Assembly (NCBI GenBank): GCA_964247895.1
Contig: CAXTWG010000007.1
Span: 1,518-65,517 of the forward strand
Length of the DNA stretch: 64,000 nt
Source: an uncultured Acidobacteriaceae bacterium
GTDB lineage: Bacteria > Acidobacteriota > Terriglobia > Terriglobales > Acidobacteriaceae
Direction: 5' to 3'
In this document: in pieces, positions 1 to 9,529 of the stretch
How the letters are laid out: every line of letters starts with the position of its first letter
Numbering within the stretch: the stretch's first letter is position 1
Position numbers and translations under genes: made by a program
The notes under the pieces: generated by a model
What the model was told of the DNA's origin: nothing
Seen by the model: only the letters and a program-made list of their open reading frames with translations
Database searches by the model: none

Positions 1-3000
1 CAGCGGGTGGATGTGCAATTGAAGGTCGGCAGCCGGGCCGACACGGTGACGGTTTCGGGCGCGGCGAGTTTGCTGGAGTCGGAGAGCAGCTCGACGGGCA
101 CGGTGATTTCGCCGACGGAGGTGCATAACCTGCCCTTAAATGGGCGGGCATATGCGGATTTGACGCTGCTGGTGCCTGGGGTGAAGCGGAGCAACCTGGA
201 AAATCAGTTGGTCACGAGCCGGGACGCCAGCTATAACGTAAACGGGCAACGGAGCGAGTTTAATAACTTCCTACTGGATGGGTTGGATAACAACGCTTAC
301 GGGACATCAAACCAGGGCTTCTCGAACCAGAATATTCCGCCGTCGCCGGATGCGATCAATGAGTTCAAGGTAGAGACAAACAACTACAGTGCGGAGTATG
401 GGCGGGCCTCGGGAGCGGTGATCAATGTAAGCATCAATAGCGGAACCAATAAGCTCCATGGCGACGCGTACGAGTACAACCGGAATACAAGCTTCAACGC
501 GATCGGGCCATTTACACCGCCGGTGAACCCGATTACAGGCAGACCGGTGAAGCCGGTGCTGATCCGGAACCAGTTCGGCGGAACGCTGGGCGGCCCAATT
601 AAGCGGGATAAGCTATTTTTCTTTGTGGACTACGAGGGGAACCGGCAGGTGCAGGGGCAGTATCAGGCGGTGACGATCCCGAACGCGAACCAGCGGCAGG
701 GGATTTTCCAGACCACGACGGGCACAGCGGTACCGTTGCGCAATCCGATTACCGGGGTGAGCTATGCAAACGGCGTGGTGCCGGTGGCGGACTGGACGCC
801 GTTGGCGCGGCTTGTGATTGGGGCGTTGCCGGCGCCGAATGTGCCGAACGTAAATGCATTCTCGAACAACTATGTGTCGGTGCCGAAGGCATACCTGGTG
901 GACGACAAGGGCGATGGACGGGTGGATTTTCTAGCATCCGAGAAAACGACGGCATTCGGGCGCTACTCCGAGCACAACGGAAACATCCAGGATGCGAACG
1001 GGATTCCGGGACCGGCGGGTGGGAACAGCAATGGCAATATCTACATCACTAACAAGCAGGTAGCGGCTGGGGTAACCCACAGCTTTAACCAGAGCAACAT
1101 TCTAGACGCGCGGCTGGGATTCGACTGGACCAAGGGCGGGAAAAGCCCGTTCGGCCTGGGGCAGCCGAGTTTGCTGGTACAGGCAGGTATCGGCGGTCTG
1201 CCGACCGACCCGACCATCTCGCGGAGCCTCAATGCACAGGCGGTGAACGGGTTTACGCAGTTCGGCGCACAGTCGAGCAGCCCGCAGTTCCAGAACCCGT
1301 TTGTAATTAACCCGAAGGTGAACTACACGCTTTTGAAGGGGCGCAATAGTTTGAAGTTCGGATGGGAGTTCTTGTCGATCAACACGGAGATCGACGATTT
1401 CAACCCGACTTACGGGCAGGATAACTATGCGGGCGGGTTCTCGGCGACTGCGAGATCCACGGATGCGGGGGCGACAGAGGCTTCGTTTTTGGCGGACTTC
1501 CTGGTGGGGGCGCGCAATGCATACAACCTGAACAATGTCGCGATCGTGAATTATCACCAGTACATGGATTTCTTTTATGCGCAGGACGACCTGAAGATTT
1601 CGCCGAAGTTCACGGCGAACCTGGGGCTGCGGTATGAGCTGGTGACGCCGCAGTTTGTAGACGGGAATACGCTGGCGAACTTCAACCCGGCAACGAACAC
1701 GCTTCAGCAGGCGACGGACGGGTCCATTACGCAAAGGGCTCTGGTGAACACGCCGAAGCTGGACTTCGCGCCGCGGGTGGGGTTTGCCTACCAGGCGGAC
1801 GCACGGACTGTGGTCCGGGCAGCGTATGGGATCAGCTACGACCAGTTCAACCGGGAGGGCGGGGAAAACCTGCTGGCGTACAACGGGCCGTCGATTGTGA
1901 ACGCGAGCGTGCAGCAATATGCGCCGTTCTCGACGCAGGCGAACACGCAGACGTTGTGTACGAACGACCTGCGGCCGACAACGTGCTTCCGCCCGGAGGC
2001 GCAGGGGTACCCGCAGGGGTTCACCGCGCCGTCGAACTTCAGCACGGCGCTCTCGCAGACGCGGTATATCCCGTTCGACACCCCGACCGGGTATGTGCAG
2101 GCGTATCACCTGGATGTGCAGACAGAGATTGCACCGCGGACGGTGTTGACGGTCTCGTATGTGGGGGAGCACGGGGTGCACATCCAGGTGCTGGCGGACC
2201 TGAACCAGGCGGCCCCGTGCCCGACGACTGGGATGTGCGCGAGCCTGCTGATGCGGCGGCCGATTCAAGGGTTTACTGGGATTGAGGAGTCGGTGCCGTA
2301 CGGGACATTGAGCTACAACGCGCTGCAGGCGAAGCTGGAGCGCCGGTATGGGCAGGGGCTGTACGTGTTGAACTCGTTTACGTGGTCGCACGCGATCGAC
2401 AATGCTTCGGGGCATCTGGATACGCCGAACAATGATAACTCACGTGTGAATCTGGCGAACCTGCGCGGCGAGCGGGGGCAGTCGGCGTACAACCAGCCGG
2501 TGAACGACACGCTGACCGTCATCTACGACCTGCCGTATGGGCGTGGGCGGGCGTTCGGCGCGAGCGCGCCGAAGCTGGCTCAGGGCTTCCTGGGCGGGTG
2601 GCAGTTCTCGGCGATCAACACGGCGACAAGTGGGCAGCCGGTGAACCTGATCTACAACGTGAGTTCGGTGGCAACGGTGAGCTCGCTGCTGAACTACAGG
2701 CCGAATGTGACGGGAAACCCGGTGACGCAAAGCGGGCAGCGGGTGAAGACGGCGACTTCGGTGCAGAACTACCTGAGCCCGGCGGCGGTGAGCGTGCCCA
2801 CCAACCAGAGCCAGACGTACGGGAATGCGGGGCGGAACTCGTTGCGCAGCTACCCCTTTTATCAGCTGGATACAGCGCTGCATAAAGGTTTCCACCTGTG
2901 GAGCGAGGCGTCGCTGCTAGACCTGCGACTGGAGGCATTCAACGTGCTGAACCAGGTGAACTACGGGCCGCCGGACTCGAACCGCAGCAACGGCAGCTTC

Positions 3001-3063
3001 GGCACGATTACGCAGGCTTTTCCTTCCCGGCAGCTGCAGGTAGCCGGCAAGCTGTTTTTCTAA
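1..3063 (+). CDS. TonB-dependent receptor, Oar-like/carboxypeptidase-regulatory-domain type (5' truncated by window edge)
   Basis: Frame is open from base 1. Plug motifs LPLNGR, NFLLDGLDN, EFKVETNNYSAEYGR; RNQFGGTLGGPI; NLGLRYE; C-terminal aromatic residue (GKLFF). Confidence 0.92.
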   Translation, partial: QRVDVQLKVGSRADTVTVSGAASLLESESSSTGTVISPTEVHNLPLNGRAYADLTLLVPGVKRSNLENQLVTSRDASYNVNGQRSEFNNFLLDGLDNNAYGTSNQGFSNQNIPPSPDAINEFKVETNNYSAEYGRASGAVINVSINSGTNKLHGDAYEYNRNTSFNAIGPFTPPVNPITGRPVKPVLIRNQFGGTLGGPIKRDKLFFFVDYEGNRQVQGQYQAVTIPNANQRQGIFQTTTGTAVPLRNPITGVSYANGVVPVADWTPLARLVIGALPAPNVPNVNAFSNNYVSVPKAYLVDDKGDGRVDFLASEKTTAFGRYSEHNGNIQDANGIPGPAGGNSNGNIYITNKQVAAGVTHSFNQSNILDARLGFDWTKGGKSPFGLGQPSLLVQAGIGGLPTDPTISRSLNAQAVNGFTQFGAQSSSPQFQNPFVINPKVNYTLLKGRNSLKFGWEFLSINTEIDDFNPTYGQDNYAGGFSATARSTDAGATEASFLADFLVGARNAYNLNNVAIVNYHQYMDFFYAQDDLKISPKFTANLGLRYELVTPQFVDGNTLANFNPATNTLQQATDGSITQRALVNTPKLDFAPRVGFAYQADARTVVRAAYGISYDQFNREGGENLLAYNGPSIVNASVQQYAPFSTQANTQTLCTNDLRPTTCFRPEAQGYPQGFTAPSNFSTALSQTRYIPFDTPTGYVQAYHLDVQTEIAPRTVLTVSYVGEHGVHIQVLADLNQAAPCPTTGMCASLLMRRPIQGFTGIEESVPYGTLSYNALQAKLERRYGQGLYVLNSFTWSHAIDNASGHLDTPNNDNSRVNLANLRGERGQSAYNQPVNDTLTVIYDLPYGRGRAFGASAPKLAQGFLGGWQFSAINTATSGQPVNLIYNVSSVATVSSLLNYRPNVTGNPVTQSGQRVKTATSVQNYLSPAAVSVPTNQSQTYGNAGRNSLRSYPFYQLDTALHKGFHLWSEASLLDLRLEAFNVLNQVNYGPPDSNRSNGSFGTITQAFPSRQLQVAGKLFF

Positions 3064-3073
3064 CCCCGTTCAT

Positions 3074-3103
3074 GCGAGGCGGCCTTTCCCCGGGCCGCTT
3101 CGC
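3074..3103 (+). terminator. GC-rich intercistronic stem-loop without U-tract (terminator or mRNA stabiliser)
   Basis: gcgaggcggcc (3074-3084) pairs with ggccgcttcgc (3093-3103), just after the TBDR stop. Confidence 0.5.
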
Positions 3104-3126
3104 CCCAGAGCAATGGAGAGTGCGCC

Positions 3127-4233
3127 ATGTACAAAACAATCTTTCTGGGCGGGGTGTGCTTCCTGCTCGTTGCTCAATCTTCCGACGACAGCGTCCGAAT
3201 GAACCAAATTCAGGTCATCGGGACGCACAACAGCTACCATGCCGGGCTTACACCGAGCGTCGCCAAGCTGCTCGCCCAAAAGAATCCGAAGACCTTCGCC
3301 GCGCTCAACTACACGCACCCTTCGCTCACGGCGCAGCTCAACGGGGGCGTGCGGCAGCTGGAGATCGACGTGTTCGCCGATGCGCGGGGTGGCTTGTACG
3401 CGCACCCGTACATGGAGAAGATGGTCGCGGCAGCGGGTTTGCCGGCGGACCCCGATCCCAACCCGGGCGGCGTGATGGACAAGCCGGGCTTCAAGGTGAT
3501 GCATGTGCAGGACGTGGATCAGCAGAGCGTGTGCGAGCCGTTCACGGCGTGCCTGGCCGAAGTGCGGGCGTGGTCCAAGGCGCATCCGGGGCACCTGCCT
3601 GTGTTTCTGCTGATCGAGACAAAGCAGGGCAAGCTGAAGGTGGACTTCCCGACGGTGACGCCGGAGCCGTTCACGGCGGGGGTGTTTGACGCGCTCGACA
3701 GCGAGATTCGAGCGGTGTTTTCTGCTGAAGAAATGATCACGCCGGACCTGGTGCGCGGGGCGAGTCCGACCCTGAACGCCGCAGTTCGCGCGGGGCACTG
3801 GCCCACGCTGGCCGAGGCGCGCGGCAAGGTTGTGTTCCTGATGGACCAGCGGGCGATGGAACCGGTCTATACGGAAGGGCACCCGAACCTCCAGGGGCGC
3901 GTGCTGTTTACCAATGCTGTCCCCGGTGCGCCGGATGCGGCGTTTACAGAGGAGAATGACGGGACGCCGGAGGAGATCGACGCGCTGGCGCGGCAGGGTT
4001 ACCTGATCCGCACGCGAACGGACGCGGATACCGTGCAGGCGCGGACGAATGACACACGGCGGCGCGATGCGGTGATGGCGAGCGGGGCGCAGATTCTTTC
4101 AACGGACTACCCGCGCGGCGCGGCGGCGGAGAGCGGCTTTGTGGTTGAGTTTCCGGGTGGGGTGCTGGCGCGGTGTAATCCTGTTGTGCAGGCGGCGGGG
4201 TGCGCGGGTAAGGAGCTGGAGGCGAAGCGCTGA
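3127..4233 (+). CDS. Secreted phosphoinositide phospholipase C-like protein (PI-PLC-C1 family)
   Basis: Signal peptide; QIQVIGTHNSYH, GVRQLEIDV, SGAQILSTDYP; SD-like ggag upstream. Confidence 0.85.
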   Translation: MYKTIFLGGVCFLLVAQSSDDSVRMNQIQVIGTHNSYHAGLTPSVAKLLAQKNPKTFAALNYTHPSLTAQLNGGVRQLEIDVFADARGGLYAHPYMEKMVAAAGLPADPDPNPGGVMDKPGFKVMHVQDVDQQSVCEPFTACLAEVRAWSKAHPGHLPVFLLIETKQGKLKVDFPTVTPEPFTAGVFDALDSEIRAVFSAEEMITPDLVRGASPTLNAAVRAGHWPTLAEARGKVVFLMDQRAMEPVYTEGHPNLQGRVLFTNAVPGAPDAAFTEENDGTPEEIDALARQGYLIRTRTDADTVQARTNDTRRRDAVMASGAQILSTDYPRGAAAESGFVVEFPGGVLARCNPVVQAAGCAGKELEAKR

Positions 4234-4251
4234 GAAAGGTTCGTTGCTCTA

Positions 4252-4284
4252 ACCCAGGTCTCAAAAGCGAGACCCGGGGCACCC
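4252..4284. repeat. REP-like palindromic element (acidobacterial type)
   Basis: acCCAGGTCTC-aaaagc-GAGACCCGGG-GCACCC hairpin plus tail, between convergent genes. Confidence 0.6.
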
Positions 4285-4362
4285 TGCATTCTCTGTTCAA
4301 GTATGAGGAAGCAGGGCCTTCGCGTTGCTCGGGATGACCCTGTTTCCTGATGTCGGTTCGGG

Positions 4363-5511
4363 TCAGTTGCCGGATGTAGAGGCTGCATGGACGCTGCTGC
4401 CGCGCCCGGTCAGTTGGCGGATGAGCTCAACTTCATGGTCGCGATAGGGCGTGTCGTCCTGCTTGAAGACTTCGTGGAACCAGACAGTGGGCTGGAGCTC
4501 CACATAAGGGCGCTGCCAGGAGTCCCAGGGCAGGTATGTCTGGGTTTTGCCTGCGACCAGGCCCCAGTTGATGGCGGCGATGTGGTACTGCTTGGCAAGC
4601 GGCAAGGTGCCGTCAAAGGTGGAACCGGCGCCGCGGGCCATGTACTCCGTGCAAATCACTGGGCGACCGAGCGCTTGCAGGCTTTGGACGCGAGCCTCGA
4701 ACTTCTCCGGCCAACTGTAGTCGTGGAAGGAGAGGATGTCGGACTCGCTCAGCTGGATTTTCGCGGTGGGGCTGAGCTGCGCGGGGTCGGCCCACTCGCC
4801 CTGCCATACGCCGCTGGTGAGGGGTTGCGACGGGTGGACGGAGCGCGCCCATGCGAAGGCTTTCGGCAGCAGCTCGTCGACGCGCGCGACCTTGGCGGCG
4901 AGGTCCTCGGGTTTGTCGCCGCCCTTGTTGTCGGGCTCGTTCCACACGTCCCAGCCCAGGATCCGGGGATCGTTGGCGAAGTGGCCGACAACGCCCTTGA
5001 CGTAGGCCTCAAGCTGAGGCTCATCGGCGCGGTCGAGCAGGCGCTCCTTGCCGGGGCTTTGCACCCAGCCGGAGTTGTGGATGCCGGGGATAGGCGGGTG
5101 TTGGGGGCCGAGGTGCGGGTTGGGCTCCCAGCAAGAGTCGAAGAGTACGAGAAGCGGGCGGATGCCGTGTTTGCTCGCGATGGCGAGGAAAGCGTCGAGC
5201 CGTTTGATAAAGCCTTGCGAGTCCCCTTGCCAGAGCTGGTCTTGAAAAAAGACGCGGACGGTGTTCATGCCGATGCCCTCGGCCAGGCCGAGCTCCTTGT
5301 CGTTGAGGGCGGGGTCCCAAGTGGGCGCCTGAAACATTTCAAGCTCGTTGATGGCGTCGGAGGGGATGTAGTTCGCGCCGACCAGCCATGGCTGCTCCGC
5401 GTACCAGGCGTTGGCGTGCTCGGGGGTCCAACGGGCAACGTCCTGCGCGTAGGAGAGTGAGCATAAGGCCAGCGAAAGGAGAAAGCCGAGGAAGGAGCGC
5501 CGGGTGAGCAT
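4363..5511 (-). CDS. Glycoside hydrolase, clan GH-A/GH5-like (often annotated 1,4-beta-xylanase), Tat-like leader
   Basis: TRRSFL leader; WDVWNEP (acid/base Glu); ICTEYMAR (nucleophile Glu). Confidence 0.85.
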   Translation of the reverse strand: MLTRRSFLGFLLSLALCSLSYAQDVARWTPEHANAWYAEQPWLVGANYIPSDAINELEMFQAPTWDPALNDKELGLAEGIGMNTVRVFFQDQLWQGDSQGFIKRLDAFLAIASKHGIRPLLVLFDSCWEPNPHLGPQHPPIPGIHNSGWVQSPGKERLLDRADEPQLEAYVKGVVGHFANDPRILGWDVWNEPDNKGGDKPEDLAAKVARVDELLPKAFAWARSVHPSQPLTSGVWQGEWADPAQLSPTAKIQLSESDILSFHDYSWPEKFEARVQSLQALGRPVICTEYMARGAGSTFDGTLPLAKQYHIAAINWGLVAGKTQTYLPWDSWQRPYVELQPTVWFHEVFKQDDTPYRDHEVELIRQLTGRGSSVHAASTSGN

Positions 5512-5884
5512 ACGCGGGAAAATCCTTTAAAGGCGTGTAGAGAATACGCCCCAAACTATACATGGCAGTGGATATACGGAGAGAGCGGAGGAGGCGGATT
5601 ACAGAAAAGTACGGCACAGATTGAGCGTATGAGGTGGAAACGCGCAATTTTTCGATTGCCAGCGGGTGGGCCTGTGGTGCATAGTTCCTCGCATCGCTAG
5701 ACGGGTACCTTTCCGCGGCGAACAAGAATACGGGCGGCATTTCCGCTCACCGCTGTTTCCCTTGCTCCTCCTCCGTTCTGCCGAGCCACAACCAGCGCAT
5801 CTTCCCTGCCGCCTTTGTTGCGATGGATGAAGGCAGGCTGACGCTCACGTTTCATAGCCTCTACTCAGGAAGGAACCCTCCTTT

Positions 5885-7105
5885 ATGCGTTCGAACCGTT
5901 TCCCCTTTGCCATGACTCTTCTGCCTTTAGCGCTCGGCTGCCTGGCTCTTGCACCGCGGGCACACGCCGCCACCCCTGCCTGTGCCTCGCCCTGGTCGGC
6001 AAGCGCCGCATATACCGGCGGCAACACGGCCAGCGTCGGTTCAGGCAACTACACCGCGAACTGGTGGACGCAAGGGAACAACCCGACCACGAGCAACGGT
6101 CCGAGCGGCAGCGGGCAGCCCTGGCAGCCGGCGGTGGCCTGCGGGGGCTCGGGTGGGACCACGCCGACCCCGACGCCCACGCCGGCCCCAACCCCGCCGG
6201 CAGGGACGACAAACCTGTTCGCGCCATATGTGGACATGAGCATTACTTCGGATGAGAACCTGGTCGCGCTGCAGGCGCAGGCTGGCTTCAAGGCTGTGAC
6301 GATGGCGTTTGTGGTGGCGACGAATGGGTGCTCCGTGGGCTGGGGCGGCCTTGGCGGCACACTGCCGACCGACAGCCTACCCAATGGCGACACGATTCTG
6401 CACATTGTGCAGCAGCTTCAGGCGGCCGGGGTGCAGGTGGTGATCTCATTCGGCGGCGCGACAGGCACGGAGCCTGCGGTGAGCTGCTCGAATGTTGCGC
6501 AGCTGCAGGCGGCGTATCAGTCGGTGATCGACCGGTACAAGGTCAAGCTGCTGGACTTCGACATTGAAGGCGGGGCGACGACGAATCAGGGTTCGCTGAC
6601 GGTGCGGGACAAGGCGCTGGTCGCGCTCAAGGCTGCCAATCCGGGTTTGGTGATCTCGTACACGCTGCCGGTGCTGCCGACGGGGTTGATCGCGAGCGGG
6701 ATCAACATCCTGAACTCCGCGAAAGCGGACGGGCTGCAGCTGGATGTGGTCAACGTGATGGCGATGGACTACGGCTCCGGCCAGGACAATGGGGCGCAGA
6801 TGGGCCTCGATGCCACGAATGCCGCAAGCGCGACGGAAAACCAGATCAAGGCTGCCGGGCTGACCGCGACGGTGGGGATTACGCCGATGATCGGCGTGAA
6901 CGATACCAACACCGAGATTTTCAGCCTCAACGATTCGCAAACGGTGCTGAACTTCGCGCACGCGAACAGCTACGTAAGCCGGATTGCGATGTGGTCGCTG
7001 GCGCGGGACAACGGCGGCTGCGCGGGGCAGACCTGGGCAAGCCCAAGTTGCAGCGGTGTGACGGAGTCGAGCTTCCAGTTCAGCGCGAACTTCAGGAACT
7101 ACTGA
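5885..7105 (+). CDS. GH18 chitinase with N-terminal CBM5/12-type chitin-binding module and Pro/Thr linker
   Basis: Signal peptide; WSASAAYTGG...YTANWWTQG; TPTPTPTPAPTP; FAPYVD; LDFDIEG (DxDxE); NVMAMDY. Confidence 0.9.
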   Translation: MRSNRFPFAMTLLPLALGCLALAPRAHAATPACASPWSASAAYTGGNTASVGSGNYTANWWTQGNNPTTSNGPSGSGQPWQPAVACGGSGGTTPTPTPTPAPTPPAGTTNLFAPYVDMSITSDENLVALQAQAGFKAVTMAFVVATNGCSVGWGGLGGTLPTDSLPNGDTILHIVQQLQAAGVQVVISFGGATGTEPAVSCSNVAQLQAAYQSVIDRYKVKLLDFDIEGGATTNQGSLTVRDKALVALKAANPGLVISYTLPVLPTGLIASGINILNSAKADGLQLDVVNVMAMDYGSGQDNGAQMGLDATNAASATENQIKAAGLTATVGITPMIGVNDTNTEIFSLNDSQTVLNFAHANSYVSRIAMWSLARDNGGCAGQTWASPSCSGVTESSFQFSANFRNY

Positions 7106-7133
7106 GGGCGTGCAGGTCTCCTCCCAGAAAGCG

Positions 7134-7162
7134 AGAGCCGGGCCGGTCGGGCCGGCTCTTGT
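7134..7162 (+). terminator. Probable intrinsic terminator of the chitinase gene
   Basis: agagccgg...ccggctct followed by tgt; weak U-tract. Confidence 0.4.
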
Positions 7163-7368
7163 GCAACGGATACTATGCGGACAATGAAACGGACTTTAAA
7201 CAAATTTAGACAAACGCATGTCTAGCATGCTGGCACGCTTCACCGCACCAAGCGTGGCGTTCGCAACAGGGGTACTTCCCAACTACGCTCCGATGCGCTT
7301 CCGGTTTTGCACTTACGTTGCGGCACCTGACCTTGCCACTCCACCCATTCCCCCCAAGGAGCTTCACC

Positions 7369-9468
7369 ATGAAGAAAACAGTCCCCACTCTCCCTTTCCC
7401 TCTCCGCTCCAACCCCGCCAAAGTATTGTGCGCGGCTGCAACCGTTCTGCTGGCCGGTCCGGCATTCGCCCAGCAGCAAGGCGTCATGACGCACAATGTG
7501 CGTACCGTGGTCGAGAAGCAACAAGTGCCGTTCGTGCGTCATCTTGCCCCGGAGCAAACGCTCAAGCTGTCCATCGCGCTTCCTCTACGGAACGAGGCGG
7601 AGCTGGACCAACTCCTGCATCAGCTCAATGACCCGGCAAGCCCGCAGTACCGTCACTGGCTTTTCGTCGAGGAATTCACGAGCAGGTTCGGCCCGTCACA
7701 GGCGGACTACGACACAGTGGCTCAATATGCGCAGGACAACGGGATGAAGATTCGGGCAAGGACGGCGAATCGTTTTCTTGTCGACGTCGAGGCTTCCGTG
7801 GCGCAGGTGAACAAGGCTTTCAACGTGACGATGGGTGAGTACCAACACCCGACGGAAAACCGGGCATTTTACGCGCCGGACCGGCAGCCGACGCTGGACG
7901 TTCCGGTGAAGATATGGCACATTGAGGGGCTGGATAACTTCTCGATACCCCGGCCAGTTCTGAAGCACGTGACCGACGCGACGATACGCACCGCGACCAG
8001 CGGCTCGGGGCAGGGCGGCCAGTTTCTCGGGAGCGATTTTCGCGCCGCTTATTACGGCGGCTCGGCGCTGACCGGGGCGGGCCAGAGCATCGGGCTGTAC
8101 GGTCTCGCTTATAACATTAGCGATGTTCAAAAGTATTACAGCAATGTAGGCCAGTCATTTAATTCCTCTGTAGTGAAGAATTACTCAACCGACGGGTCCA
8201 CCAACTCATGCGGCTCGGGCTGCGACGATGGCGAGCCGGTCATCGATATTGTGTCATCGCTATCCATGGCTCCCGGCGTGAATGCGGTCATCGAGTATTT
8301 CGGCAACGGTCCGATGGACACGTTCAACGCCATGGCCACGGCGAACGTCGCGAAGCAGCTGAGCGTTTCCATAGGCTATTCGCCCGCCGATCCGTTGACC
8401 GAAGAGCCCATTTTCAAGGAGTTCGCGGCGCAGGGGCAAAGTCTGTTTATCGCTTCCGGAGATAGCGGGGCTTATACCCCATCGAATAGCTTCGAATATC
8501 CGGCGGACGACCCATACGTGACCGCTGTGGGAGGCACGGACCTGACCACCAACGGCGCGGGAGGCACGTGGCAATCGGAAACCGCGTGGGTGGGCAGCTC
8601 GGGCGGGGTGAATAACCAGAACTTCCCGATTCCGAGCTACCAGCAGGACCCGGGCGTGATCAATGGGTCGAATGGCGGTTCGACGACACTGCGCAACGTC
8701 CCCGACGTTGCCGCAGAGGGCAACACCGATAACTGGTTCTGCGCGAACGGCAACGCCTGCACGGGCGGCTTGGGCGGTACAAGCTTTGCCGCGCCGCGCT
8801 GGGCAGGCTTCATGGCCTTGGTCAACCAACAGGCGGCAAGCAATGGCGATGCGTACGTCGGCTTTCTCAACCCGATCATCTACGGAAACTCCGGGGCGGG
8901 CTTCCACGACATCACGACTGGAAACGACGCGAACGGCAGTGCTTCCAACAACGCCGTGAGCGGGTACGACCTGGTGACCGGCTGGGGCAGCCCGAACGGA
9001 CAGGCCTTGATCGACAGGCTGGCGCCGCCCAGGACCGCAAACCTGAACGGCACGCATGTAGTGGCGCCGGCCAGCTCGCCGGGGCTGGTGCTGGACGACT
9101 CCGGCGCTGGCACCGGGAGCGGCAACCGGATTCAGATCTGGACCACGAACAGCACGGGCGCGCAGTCATGGGTGTTCTCAAATAACAATGTGCAGCCGGC
9201 GGGTTACTACAACATCGCCGTTTCCCTCGGCCCGTATTGCGCCACGGCATCGGGCTCTAACAGCGGCTCGCCTGTCAACCTCCAGCCCTGCAACGGGTCG
9301 GCGGCGCAGGCATGGCAAGCGGTCGCTTCGGGCAGCGGCTACGTCTTTCATCCGGCAAGCAACACGAGTCTGTGCATGGACGTGCAATCCTCTGGAACAA
9401 CTACCGGAACATTGGTGCAGGTTTGGAGTTGCAACGGGACCAACGCGCAGAAGTGGGCTCTCCAGTAG
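7369..9468 (+). CDS. S53 (sedolisin/kumamolisin) serine-carboxyl protease with pro-domain and C-terminal ricin-type beta-trefoil lectin
   Basis: ATG 7369 follows AAGGAG. Pro-kumamolisin domain; EPVID (Glu/Asp), ASGDSG, GGTSFAAP (Ser), GYDLVTGWGSP; QxW repeats (AQSW, AQAW, AQKW). Confidence 0.9.
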   Translation: MKKTVPTLPFPLRSNPAKVLCAAATVLLAGPAFAQQQGVMTHNVRTVVEKQQVPFVRHLAPEQTLKLSIALPLRNEAELDQLLHQLNDPASPQYRHWLFVEEFTSRFGPSQADYDTVAQYAQDNGMKIRARTANRFLVDVEASVAQVNKAFNVTMGEYQHPTENRAFYAPDRQPTLDVPVKIWHIEGLDNFSIPRPVLKHVTDATIRTATSGSGQGGQFLGSDFRAAYYGGSALTGAGQSIGLYGLAYNISDVQKYYSNVGQSFNSSVVKNYSTDGSTNSCGSGCDDGEPVIDIVSSLSMAPGVNAVIEYFGNGPMDTFNAMATANVAKQLSVSIGYSPADPLTEEPIFKEFAAQGQSLFIASGDSGAYTPSNSFEYPADDPYVTAVGGTDLTTNGAGGTWQSETAWVGSSGGVNNQNFPIPSYQQDPGVINGSNGGSTTLRNVPDVAAEGNTDNWFCANGNACTGGLGGTSFAAPRWAGFMALVNQQAASNGDAYVGFLNPIIYGNSGAGFHDITTGNDANGSASNNAVSGYDLVTGWGSPNGQALIDRLAPPRTANLNGTHVVAPASSPGLVLDDSGAGTGSGNRIQIWTTNSTGAQSWVFSNNNVQPAGYYNIAVSLGPYCATASGSNSGSPVNLQPCNGSAAQAWQAVASGSGYVFHPASNTSLCMDVQSSGTTTGTLVQVWSCNGTNAQKWALQ

Positions 9469-9529
9469 GAGAGCTCCGGCTCTTGCCGTAGCCCGAGGTG
9501 GACTGCCTCGGGCTTGTCTTGCGCGCGCT

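Noticed and set aside
5512-5884. Long leader of the chitinase gene as a possible c-di-GMP or other riboswitch
   Set aside because: No GEMM-type or other conserved aptamer core recognised; an Rfam scan would be needed.
6158-6200. Short tandem ccgacc/acgccc repeats
   Set aside because: They encode the Pro/Thr linker of the chitinase.
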